Source of the DNA: Mobula hypostoma
Lineage: Eukaryota
Reading direction: 5' to 3'
DNA length: 64,000 bases
Assembly: GCF_963921235.1 (NCBI RefSeq)
Contig: NC_086107.1
Span: forward strand, 116,190,001-116,254,000
The notes beneath the pieces are model-generated. The model was not told the DNA's origin, ran no database searches, and worked only from the letters and a program-made list of their open reading frames with translations. Below, piece after piece: positions 1 to 13,000 of this stretch (position 1 is the stretch's first letter; every line of letters starts with the position of its first letter). The position numbers and the translations under genes were made by a program.

Positions 1-835
1 GATCCCACGGGGGTGATCCCTGGGAGAGTGGGATCTCACGGGGGTGATCCTGCAGAGTGTGGGATCCCACGGGGGTGATCCCCGGGAGAGTGGGATCTCA
101 CGGGGGTGATCCTGCGGAGTGTGGGATCCCACGGGGGTGATCCCTGGGAGTGTGAGATCCCACGGGGGTGATATCTGGGAGAGTGGGATCTCACGGGGGT
201 GATCCCCAGGAGTGTAGGACCCCACAGGGGTGATCCTGCAGAGTGTGAGATCCCACGGGGGTGATCCCCGGGAGTGTGGGATCTCACGGGGGTGATCCTG
301 CAGAGTGTGGGATCCCACGGGGGTGATCCTGCGGATTGTGGGATCCCACGGGGGTGATCCCTGGGAGTGTGAGATCCCACGGGGGTGATCCCTGGGAGAG
401 TGGGATCTCACGGGGGTGATCCTGCAGAGTGTGGGATCCCACGGGGGTGATCCCCGGGAGAGTGGGATCTCACGGGGGTGATCCTGCGGAGTGTGGGATC
501 CCACGGGGGTGATCCCTGGGAGTGTGAGATCCCACGGGGGTGATATCTGGGAGAGTGGGATCTCACGGGGGTGATCCTCAGGAGTGTGGGATCTCACGGG
601 GGTGATCCTGCAGAGTATGGGATCCCACGGGGGTGATCCCCGGGAGAGTGGGATCCCACGGGGGTGATCCCCGGGAGTGTGAGATCCCACGGGGGTGATC
701 CTGCAGAGTGTGGGATCTCACGGGGGTGATCCCTGGGAGAGTGGGATCCCACAGGGGTGATCCTGCAGTGTGGGATCCCACGGGGGTGATCCTGCAGAGT
801 GTGGGATCCCCATGGGGGTTGTTCCCTGGGATGGT
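1..835. repeat. Minisatellite, ~30-32 bp unit (GGGATCCCACGGGGGTGATCCTGCAGAGTGT), intronic
   Basis: Direct tandem repetition from the window start. Confidence 0.95.
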
Positions 836-867
836 TTGGAGATCATGGGGATCCACAACACACTTAC

Positions 868-925
868 CTTCCCAAAGCCGAAGCTGTGTGTCCCACCCAA
901 ACTGCCGACGTCAGACCGGGATGTC
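868..925 (-). CDS. TEX14-like coding exon 5
   Basis: cttcag| acceptor, AAG|gtaagt donor; ends in HSFGFGK, like TEX14 YSFGFGK. Confidence 0.85.
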
Positions 926-1040
926 CTGAAGAGGAAGCAGTGGGTAGTGACTGTCTGACAGAGAATTCTCCCGAATGTTATCACCCAGCAGCCCCACTAT
1001 CCAAAACTTCTCATCAATTGCCCCCCACTATAGACAGGCG

Positions 1041-1074
<34 letters not shown>

Positions 1075-4000
1075 GAAACACACACAGACACACACACACT
1101 AAACCTGTGAGCTGTTTGACTGGGGTGGGGCCATCATGGTCTTGCAGAGAGTTGGGTCTGCACAAACCCCTTTCCTGGGGGGAGGTGAAGGGGGATCCCT
1201 CGCTGTCAGGTCAGCTGGGTTGAGAAATGGCAGGTGGAGTTCAAGCCAGAAATGTGTCAAGTGATTCACTTTAGAAGGTCGAACTTCAAGGCAGAATACA
1301 GGGTTAATGGCAGGATACAACAGCGTGGAGGAACAGAGGGACCCTGGGGTTCACAACCACAGACGCCTCATGCAAATTGACAGGATTGTTGAGAAGGTGT
1401 ACAGTGTGTTGGTCTTCTTTAGTCAGGGGATTGAGTTGAAAAGCTGCGAGGTCTATAAAACCCTGGTCAGAACACACTCTGTCGTGTCACCACAGAGGGC
1501 TGATTTGACAGATGATGAGAGGATAGATCGAGTGGACAGCCAGAGGTATTTTCCCAGGGTGGCAAAAGCCAACACCACAGGACAATCCTTTGAAGGTGAC
1601 AGGAGAAAAGTTTGGGGGGGGGTATTCAGAGGTAGATTTTTTTTGAAACAAGGAAGTGCTGGTTGTGTGGAATGTAGTAGTGGCAGATAAATTACAAACA
1701 TTTAAGACCCTGAGATAGGCAGAGGATGGACAGAAAAATGGAGGGCCATGTGGCAGGGAAGAGTCAGATTGCTGGTGGAGTACGTTATTAGTTCACAGTT
1801 CAAAGTACACAGACCATATATAGTACAATTTTCAGATTCATCTTCTCGCAGAAAACCACAGAACAAAGAAACACAATGAATTCACAAAATAAAAGCACAA
1901 ACCACAAAGACAGTCATACATCCACAGCCATGAAGAAAGGTTCAGTACAGAGGTGAGTAAACCCTCCAGAGTAGTGAGCTGAACACTGTTTGCCCTCCAC
2001 CCTCAGTCTTAACGCCTTAATCTCTTTAAATCTGGCTCAGTGTTTAAATTGGTGAAACACCTCTTCGTTATCTGCTCTCAGGCTGGGCTCCACAAGTCAG
2101 TCCAGCCACAAGTCCACTCTAGCAGTGGCTATACCTGTACATTTCAGAGTCCAGCTCGTCCAGTATTTCAGGATACCACAAAATCGCACGGTCATACAGA
2201 AAATTCAAAAGTGGGAAATTACACGCCTTGCATTTCAGTGATCGTTGTTCCAAAAGAGTAGATTTAGCAGAATTGTTAGTAGTTATCTTTGCAACCTGCT
2301 GGTGCGGACAGGGAGACCACACTCTCTGCTGGTGCGGACAGGGAGACCACACTCTCTGCTGGTGCGGACAGGGAGACCAGACTAACTCTGCTGGTGCGGA
2401 CAGGAAGACCACACTAACTCTGCTGGTGCAGACAGGCAGACCACACTAACTCTGCTGGTGTGGTGGACAGGGAGACCAATTTAACTCTGCTGGTGTGGAC
2501 GGGAGACCACACTAACTCTGCTGGTGTGGACGGGAGACCACACTAACTCTGCTGGTGCGGAGGGGGAGGCCTCACTAACTCTGCTGGTGTGGACAGGGAG
2601 ACCACACTAACTTTGCTGGTGCGGACAGGGAGACCACACTAACTCTGCTGGTGCGGACATGAAGACCACACTAACTCTGCTGGTGCAGACAGGGAGACCA
2701 CAGTAACTCTGCTGGTGCGGACAGGGAGACCACACTAACTCTGCTGGTGCGGACGGGAGACCACACTAACTCTGCTGGTGCGGACAGGGAGACCAAACTA
2801 ACTCTGCTGGTGCGGACAGGGAGACCAAACTAACTCTGCTGGTGCGGACAGAGAGACCAAACTAACTCTGCTGGTGTGTTGTATAGGGAGACCACACTAA
2901 CTCTGCTGGTGTGTTGTACAGGGAGACCACACTAACTCTGCTGGTGTGGACGGGAGACCACACTAACTCTGCTGGTGCGGACAGGGAGACCACACTAACT
3001 CTGCTGGTGCGGACAGGGAGACCACACTAACTCTGCTGGTGGGTTGTACAGGGAGACTACACTAACTCTGCTGGTGTACGAGAGGGAGACCACACTAACT
3101 CTGCTGGTGCGGACAGGGAGACCACACTAACTCTGCTGCTGTGGACGGGAGACCACACTAACTCTGCTGGTGTGGACGGGAGACCACACTAACTCTGCTG
3201 GTGTGGACAGGGAGACCACACTAACTCTGCTGGTGTGGACGGGAGACCACACTAACTCTGCTGGTGTGGAGAGGAAGACCACACTAACTCTGCTGGTGTG
3301 GTGGACAAGGAGACCACACTAACTCTGCTGGTGTGGACAGGGAGACCACACTAACTCTGCTGGTGTGGACGGGAGACCACACTAACTCTGCTGGTGTGGT
3401 GGACGGGGAGACCACACTAACTCTGCTGGTGTGTTGTATAGGGAGACCACACTAACTCTGCTGGCGTGGAGAGGGGGACCACACTAACTCTGCTGGTGCA
3501 GACAGGAGACCACACTAACTCTGCCGGTCGGACAGGGAGACCACACTAACTCTGCTGGTGTGGACAGGGAGACCACACTAACTCTGCTGGTGTGGTGGAC
3601 AGGGAGACCACACTAACTCTGCTGGTGTGTTGTACAGGCAGACCACACTAACTCTGCTGGTGTGGACGGGAGACCACAATAACACTGCTGGTGCGGACAG
3701 AGAGACCACACTAACTCTGCTGGTGTGGACAGGGAGACCATACTAACTGCTGGTGTGTTGTACAGGGAGACTACGCTAACTCTGCTGGTGTGGACGGGAG
3801 ACCACACTAACTCTGCTGGTGTAGAGAGGGAGACCACACTAACTCTGCTGGTGCAGACAAGGAGACCACACTAACTCTGCTGGTGTGGACAGGGAGACCA
3901 CACTAACTCTGCTGGTATGGACAGGAGACCACACTAACTCTGCTGGTGCGGACAGGGAGACCATACTAACTGCTGGTGTGTTGTACAGGGAGACTACGCT

Positions 4001-7000
4001 AACTCTGCTGGTGTGGACGGGAGACCACACTAACTCTGCTGGTGTGGTGGACAGGGAGACCACACTAACTCTGCTGGTGCAGACAGGGAGACCACACTAA
4101 CTCTGCTGGTGCGGACAGGGAGACCACACTAACTCTGCTGGTGCGGAGGGGGAGGCCTCACTAACTCTGCTGGTGTGGACAGGGAGACCACACTAACTTT
4201 GCTGGTGCGGACAGGGAGACCACACTAACTCTGCTGGTGCGGACATGAAGACCACACTAACTCTGCTGGTGCAGACAGGGAGACCACAGTAACTCTGCTG
4301 GTGCGGACAGGGAGACCACACTAACTCTGCTGGTGCAGACGGGAGACCACACTAACTCTGCTGGTGCGGACAGGGAGACCAAACTAACTCTGCTGGTGCG
4401 GACAGAGAGACCAAACTAACTCTGCTGGTGTGTTGTATAGGGAGACCACACTAACTCTGCTGGTGTGTTGTACAGGGAGACCACACTAACTCTGCTGGTG
4501 TGGACGGGAGACCACACTAACTCTGCTGGTGCGGACAGGGAGACCACACTAACTCTGCTGGTGCGGACAGGGAGACCACACTAACTCTGCTGGTGTGTTG
4601 TACAGGGAGACTACACTAACTTTGCTGGTGTAGAGAGGGAGACCACACTAACTCTGCTGGTGCGGACAGGGAGACCACACTAACTCTGCTGCTGTGGACG
4701 GGAGACCACACTAACTCTGCTGGTGTGGACGGGAGACCACACTAACTCTGCTGGTGTGGACAGGGAGACCACACTAACTCTGCTGGTGTGGACGGGAGAC
4801 CACACTAACTCTGCTGGTGTGGAGAGGAAGACCACACTAACTCTGCTGGTGTGGTGGACAAGGAGACCACACTAACTCTGCTGGTGTGGACAGGGAGACC
4901 ACACTAACTCTGCTGGTGTGGACGGGAGACCACACTAACTCTGCTGGTGTGGTGGACGGGGAGACCACACTAACTCTGCTGGTGTGTTGTATAGGGAGAC
5001 CACACTAACTCTGCTGGCGTGGAGAGGGGGACCACACTAACTCTGCTGGTGCAGACAGGAGACCACACTAACTCTGCCGGTCGGACAGGGAGACCACACT
5101 AACTCTGCTGGTGTGGACAGGGAGACCACACTAACTCTGCTGGTGTGGTGGACAGGGAGACCACACTAACTCTGCTGGTGTGTTGTACAGGCAGACCACA
5201 CTAACTCTGCTGGTGTGGACGGGAGACCACAATAACACTGCTGGTGCGGACAGAGAGACCACACTAACTCTGCTGGTGTGGACAGGGAGACCATACTAAC
5301 TGCTGGTGTGTTGTACAGGGAGACTACGCTAACTCTGCTGGTGTGGACGGGAGACCACACTAACTCTGCTGGTGTAGAGAGGGAGACCACACTAACTCTG
5401 CTGGTGCAGACAAGGAGACCACACTAACTCTGCTGGTGTGGACAGGGAGACCACACTAACTCTGCTGGTATGGACAGGAGACCACACTAACTCTGCTGGT
5501 GCGGACAGGGAGACCATACTAACTGCTGGTGTGTTGTACAGGGAGACTACGCTAACTCTGCTGGTGTGGACGGGAGACCACACTAACTCTGCTGGTGTGG
5601 TGGACAGGGAGACCACACTAACTCTGCTGGTGCAGACAGGGAGACCACACTAACTCTGCTGGTGCGGACAGGGAGACCACACTAACTCTGCTGGTGCGGA
5701 CGGGAGACCACACTAACTCTGCTGGTGTGGAGTGGAAGACCACACTAACTCTGCTGGTGCGGACGGGAGACCACACTAACTCTGCTGGTGTGGAGTGGAA
5801 GACCACACTAACTCTGCTGGTGTGGAGTGGAAGACCACACTAACTCTGCTGATGCGGACAGGGAGACCACACTAACTCTGCTGCTGTGGTGGACAGGGAG
5901 ACCACACTAACTCTACTGTTGTGGAGAGGAAGACCACACTAACTCTACTGGTGCAGACAGGGAGACCACAGTAACTCTGCTGGTGTGTTGTACAGGGAAA
6001 CTACACTAACTCTGCTGGTGTGGACGGAGACTGCAATAACTCTGCTGGTGTAGTGGCATGGGAGAACACACTAACTCTGCTGGTGCGGACAGGGAGACCA
6101 CACTAACTCTGCTGGTGCAGACAGGGAGACCATACTAACTGCTGGTGTGTTGTACAGGGAGACTACGCTAACTCTGCTGGTGTGGACGGGAGACCACACT
6201 AACTCTGCTGGTGTGGACAGGAAGACCACACTAACTCTGCTGGTGTGGACGGAGACCACACTAACTCTGCTGGTGTGGTGGACAGGGAGAACACACTAAC
6301 TCTGCTGGTGCGGACAGGGAGACCACACTAACTCTGCTGGTGCGGACGGGAGACCACACTAACTCTGCTGGTGTGTTGTACAGGGAGACCACACTAACTC
6401 TGCTGGTGTGGACGGGAGACCACACTAACTCTGCTGGTGTGGAGAGGAAGACCACACTAACTCTGCTGGTGTGGTGGACGAGGAGACCACACTAACTCTG
6501 CTGGTGTGGACAGGGAGACCACACTAACTCTGCTGGTGTGGACGGGAGACCACACTAACTCTGCTGGTGCGGACAGGGAGACCACACTAACTCTGCTGGT
6601 GTGTTGTACAGGGAGACTACACTAACTTTGCTGGTGTAGAGAGGGAGACCACACTAACTCTGCTGGTGCGGACAGGGAGACCACACTAACTCTGCTGCTG
6701 TGGACGGGAGACCACACTAACTCTGCTGGTGTGGACGGGAGACCACACTAACTCTGCTGGTGTGGACAGGGAGACCACACTAACTCTGCTGGTGTGGACG
6801 GGAGACCACACTAACTCTGCTGGTGTGGAGAGGAAGACCACACTAACTCTGCTGGTGTGGTGGACAAGGAGACCACACTAACTCTGCTGGTGTGGACAGG
6901 GAGACCACACTAACTCTGCTGGTGTGGACGGGAGACCACACTAACTCTGCTGGTGTGGTGGACGGGGAGACCACACTAACTCTGCTGGTGTGTTGTATAG

Positions 7001-10000
7001 GGAGACCACACTAACTCTGCTGGTGCGGACAGGGAGACCACACTAACTCTGCTGGTGTGGTGGACAGGGAAACCACACTAACTCTGCTGGTGCGGACGGG
7101 AGACCACACTAACTCAGCTGGTGCGGACAGGGAGACAACACTAACTCTGCTGGTTGGACAGGGAAACCACTCTAACTCTGCTGGTGCGGACAGGGAGACC
7201 ACACTAACTCTGCTGGTGCGGACGGGAGACCACACTAACTCTGCCGGTCGGACAGGGAGACCACACTAACTCTGCTGGTGTGGACGGGGGACCACACTAA
7301 CTCTGCTGGTGTGGACAGGGAGACCACACTAACTCTGCTGGTGTGGACAGGGAGACCACACTAACTCTGCTGGTGTGGACAGGGAGACCACACTAACTCT
7401 GCTGGTGCGGACGGGAGACCACACTAACTCTGCTGTTGTGGAGAGGGAGACCACACTAACTCTGCTGGTGCGGACGGGAGACCACACTAACTCTGCTGGC
7501 GTGGAGAGGGGGACCACACTAACTCTGCTGGTGCAGACAGGAGACCACACTAACTCTGCCGGTCGGACAGGGAGACCACACTAACTCTGCTGGTGTGGAC
7601 AGGGAGACCACACTAACTCTGCTGGTGTGGTGGACAGGGAGACCACACTAACTCTGCTGGTGTGTTGTACAGGCAGACCACACTAACTCTGCTGGTGTGG
7701 ACGGGAGACCACAATAACACTGCTGGTGCGGACAGAGAGACCACACTAACTCTGCTGGTGTGGACAGGGAGACCATACTAACTGCTGGTGTGTTGTACAG
7801 GGAGACTACGCTAACTCTGCTGGTGTGGACGGGAGACCACACTAACTCTGCTGGTGTAGAGAGGGAGACCACACTAACTCTGCTGGTGCAGACAAGGAGA
7901 CCACACTAACTCTGCTGGTGTGGACAGGGAGACCACACTAACTCTGCTGGTATGGACAGGAGACCACACTAACTCTGCTGGTGCGGACAGGGAGACCATA
8001 CTAACTGCTGGTGTGTTGTACAGGGAGACTACGCTAACTCTGCTGGTGTGGACGGGAGACCACACTAACTCTGCTGGTGTGGTGGACAGGGAGACCACAC
8101 TAACTCTGCTGGTGTGGACGGGAGAACACATTAACTCTGCTGGTGCAGACAGGGAGACCACACTAACTCTGCTGGTGCGGACAGGGAGACCACACTAACT
8201 CTGCTGGTGCGGACGGGAGACCACACTAACTCTGCTGGTGTGGAGTGGAAGACCACACTAACTCTGCTGGTGCGGACGGGAGACCACACTAACTCTGCTG
8301 GTGTGGAGTGGAAGACCACACTAACTCTGCTGATGCGGACAGGGAGACCACACTAACTCTGCTGCTGTGGTGGACAGGGAGACCACACTAACTCTACTGT
8401 TGTGGAGAGGAAGACCACACTAACTCTACTGGTGCAGACAGGGAGACCACAGTAACTCTGCTGGTGTGTTGTACAGGGAAACTACACTAACTCTGCTGGT
8501 GTGGACGGGAGACCACACTAACTCTGCTGGTGTGGACGGAGACTGCAATAACTCTGCTGGTGTAGTGGCATGGGAGAACACACTAACTCTGCTGGTGCGG
8601 ACAGGGAGACCACACTAACTCTGCTGGTGCAGACAGGGAGACCATACTAACTGCTGGTGTGTTGTACAGGGAGACTACGCTAACTCTGCTGGTGTGGACG
8701 GGAGACCACACTAACTCTGCTGGTGTGGACAGGAAGACCACACTAACTCTGCTGGTGTGGACGGAGACCACACTAACTCTGCTGGTGTGGTGGACAGGGA
8801 GAACACACTAACTCTGCTGGTGCGGACAGGGAGACCACACTAACTCTGCTGGTGCGGACAGGGAGACCACACTAACTCTGCTGGTGTGTTGTACAGGGAG
8901 ACCACACTAACTCTGCTGGTGTGGACGGGAGACCACACTAACTCTGCTGGTGTGGAGAGGAAGACCACACTAACTCTGCTGGTGTGGTGGACGAGGAGAC
9001 CACACTAACTCTGCTGGTGTGGACAGGGAGACCACACTAACTCTGCTGGTGTGGACGGGAGACCACACTAACACTACTGGTGTGGAGAGGAAGACCACAC
9101 TAACTCTGCTGGTGTGGTGGACGGGGAGACCACACTAACTCTGCTGGTGTGGAGAGGGAGACCACACTAACTCTGCTGGTGCGGATGGGAGACCACACTA
9201 ACTCTGCTGGCGTGGAGAGGGAGACCACACTAACTCTGCTGGTGTGGACGGGAGACCACACTAACTCTGCTGGTCGGACAGGGAGACAACACTAACTCTG
9301 CTGGTGCGGACGGGAGACCACACTAACTCTGCTGGTCGGACAGGGAGACCACACTAACTCTGTCGAGAAGGTTGAGAAGGGTATGGGCCGAACGTGAGTA
9401 ATTGAGACTGGCTCAGATGGGAATCTGGCTGGCATGGACTGGATGAGGCGCAAGGGCTAATTTCTGAGTGTGTGGGGGGGAATGGAATACCACAAGGGGA
9501 GGGGCTGGGAATGGATCTGACCTTGCAGGGAGAATGGTTCTCAAACAATAGATGGTGGTGTGCAGGCTGTGTTCCCAAGTGGGGGCACTAACACCAGAAG
9601 CAAGGATTAGAAGGCACACTTTTACACGAGGGGAGATAGTTAGAGGCTGTTTTCCACCTGGAAAGTGGCCTATGTATGGAATGAATCATGGAGATCGTTG
9701 GGCTTCATTCCCTGCAGCGTAGGAGACTGAGGGGTGACCTTACAGACGTCTATAAACCCACGAGAGGCACAGATAGGGTGAATGTACAGAGTCTTTTTCC
9801 CCAGCGGTGGGGAATCAAGACCCAGAGTGCACAGCGTTAAGTTGAGAGGGGAGAGATTTAAAAGGAACCCAAAAAAAAACATTTTTTTTTCCCAGAAGAT
9901 GGTGCGTATATGAACGAGCTGCCAGAAGAAGCAATTGAAGCAGGTACATTAACAACATTTGAAGGATAGGTACATGGAGAGGAAAGCTATGGGCCAAAGG

Positions 10001-13000
10001 CAAACAGAGGGGCAGGCTCGGCTGGGAATAGAGGCCGGTGTGAACCTACCTGAGATGGGGCAGAGGCAGCCGTGGGCAGCTGGGGTACCGGGGGAGAGAG
10101 GCTGAACTGCGGGAGCGTAGCAGCCTCAGTCCCCTGACCGACTCGCTCTGCCATATCAGCTGACTCATTCGCACCCGATAGTGGCTCAGTAGCTCCAGCA
10201 CCTGGGGGGCGGGGGGGAGAGGACAGTCAGTTCGAGTGGCAGCCTGCGCTGGCTATGGGAGGTAGAGGGAGGAGGAGAGGAAGAGTAAGGGGGGGGGAAG
10301 AGGGAAGGAAGGTAGTACGCAAGGGAGGGATGGGGGTGGAGGACACAAGGAGGAGGATGGTTGATTGGGGGCAGCATCCTTGTCTGAGAGACGGGGACGG
10401 CATGGGGGATGGGTAACGGACACGGTCAGGGAGCACAGGTGGGGGGAGGAGGATGGATGGGGGGATCTGGACGGGGGGGCTTTCTTGACGGGGAGGGTAG
10501 GGTAGGGGTATGAGGGTGGGTGGTAAGGGTAGAGGAATTGGGTTTGGGGTGGAAAACAGGAAGGGGAGGGGGGAAAGTACAGAGAGAGCTAGTGAGTGAC
10601 AGAAATAGTAAAGGATAGAGAAGGTGGATTCAGAGAGATGGGTTGAGAGTTAGACAGATAGAACATTAGACAGAGCAGCAGGAGTCGGCCATCATTAAGG
10701 CCATGGACTCAGCTCCACTGACCTACCTTTTCCCCATAATCCTTAATTTCCCTACTATGCAAAAAGGGTGGGAATCAGTGAGGGGTTGGGGGTCAAGGAG
10801 AGGGGAGAGAGAGTCGAGGAGTGAGGGGCTCAGACTGGTGTGAGCTGGAGAGGGGAGAGAGTGAGTGGCAGGTGAGAGGAAGAGTCCATGGGGGTGGGAA
10901 GCAACGGGGGACACAGATGGGTCCAGTGTTCAGAGAGACGACAGACCGTTCCTTCCTCACTCCCTCACCCTACCTTGCGGTTTTTCGGAGAGCCAGCGGC
11001 ACGAGCCCAGTCCTCGGGTGATCGCCCCAGGCTGTCGTGTAACCGGAGATCTCCCCCGGTGTCCAGGAGAGTGGCCAACGCATCCGGGAGGCAGGAGAGG
11101 GTGGCAGCGTGGACAGGCGTGCTCCCGCGGTGGCAGCGGCTAGAGGAGTGGTAGTGCGGAAGGGGGAGATGGATCAGCAGGACACGGTGGAGAGGACCAC
11201 CCACCCCACCAAACACAAACCCAGCACGCTGTGCTAAGCTGCAGGTTCAAACCTGAGCATCAGTTTATCACAGCCTGCCCTGCTCCAACCACGGACACCA
11301 AAGTCTCTACTTCCTCAAGTGGCTGAAAAAACCTGGCACATCCCCGGCGGCCTTCCTTCCTTTCTATCAATGCACCATAGAACGCATCACGGTTCGGTCC
11401 GGCAGCTGCTCCGTCCATGAACGCAAGAAACCGCAGAGCTGTGGACATGGCTCAGCCCAGCACAGAACCTACCTGACCCTCCATGGACCGTCTGCCTCAG
11501 TAAAGCAGCCTCACCCACCCGACATTCTCTCTTCTCCCCACTGCCATCCGGCAGAGAACACAAAAGCCTGGAAGTACGTACCATCAGCTTTACCCCACTG
11601 TTCCCTACATCTCACAATCTCCCTCGTCATGGCCCTGGTACAGTACTCTCTGCCTGCACAGCCCTTTCTCTGTAAATGTAACACTTCATTCTGAATCCTG
11701 TTACTGTTTTACTCTGTTCTTCCTCACTGCACTGTGTAACCATCTGTCTGAACAGTAAGTACCTTGGTACCTGTGACAATGATGAACCAACTGATATTCC
11801 ACCTGAAGTAGTTCTTTCTGCCTACGCAATACAGTCATAGAGTGCAGCAACAGGCCCTTCAGCCCATCTAGTCCATTCCAACCTGGTCTTCTGCCTACTC
11901 CCACCGACCTCAGCCTCCATACCCCTGCCATCCATGTCCCTATTCAAACTTCTCTTAATCGAGCTCAATCCACTATTTCTGCTGGCAGCTCGTTCCACAC
12001 TCTCAGCACCCTCTGTCTGAAGAAGATTCCCCTCAAACATTATGTTCTAATCTCACCCAACGTCAATGGAAAGAGCCTTTATATATTTACCTACTCTACC
12101 TCTCTCATTATTTTGTTTACCTCTGTCTAATCTCTGTCAGTCTCCTGTGCCTCGGTGAATCAAGCTTTCACCTATTAAACTTTTGCCTAGCTCAGGTTGT
12201 CAAGTTCCAGCACCATCCTTGTACATTTTCTCTGCATTCTTTCAATCTTCCTCTAAGTCAGTAACCAGGACTGCACACAATCCTCCAAATGTGGTCCCAC
12301 TATCTTATACAACTTCAACATAACATCCCATCTCCTGTACTCAATACATTGAGGCCAATGTGCCAAAACCTTTCCTTACAACCCTGTCTAGCTGTGATGC
12401 CACTTTCAATGAATTATGCGCCTGTATTCCCAGATCCCTTGGTTCCACCACACTCCTCAATGCCCCACCGTTCAACCTGTAAGACCTATGCTGCCTGGTC
12501 CTACCAAGGTGCTAAACCTCGCACTTGTCTGCGGTAAATTCCATCTGCTGTTTTTCCAGCTGAAGCAGAGCCCTCTGCAAACCACGACAGTCTTCCTCGC
12601 TGTCCACTACACCCCCAGTCTTGGTGTCATCCGCAAATTTGCTGATCCAGTTCACCACATTATCATCCAGATCGCTGATATAAATAACAAACAACAGACG
12701 CCCCCACCAAGGCTGCGGCACTCCACTAGTCACAGGCCTCCAGTCAGAAGCAAACATCTACTACCACTCTCTGGCTTCTCCCACAGAGCCAATGCCTAAT
12801 CCAATTTACCACCTCCTCCTGAACACCGAGCGACTGAACCTTCTTGACCAACCTCCCTTGTCGAATGCCTTGCTGAAGTCCTGCAGAAGCCACTGCCTTG
12901 CCTTCGTCACCTCTCATGGTAACTCCCTCAAAGAACTCTGTAAGATTGGTTAGACACGATCTATCACACACAAAGCCATGTTGACAATCCCTAACCAGTC

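Noticed and set aside
36..856. ORFs in the 5' minisatellite
   Set aside because: Periodic translations of a tandem repeat in an intron of the TEX14-like gene
2296..9362. CRISPR-like appearance, Chi sites and many short ORFs in the 32-bp array
   Set aside because: No unique spacers and no cas genes; eukaryotic intron. An exact GCTGGTGG was noticed only at 3035. The ORFs are repeat translations.
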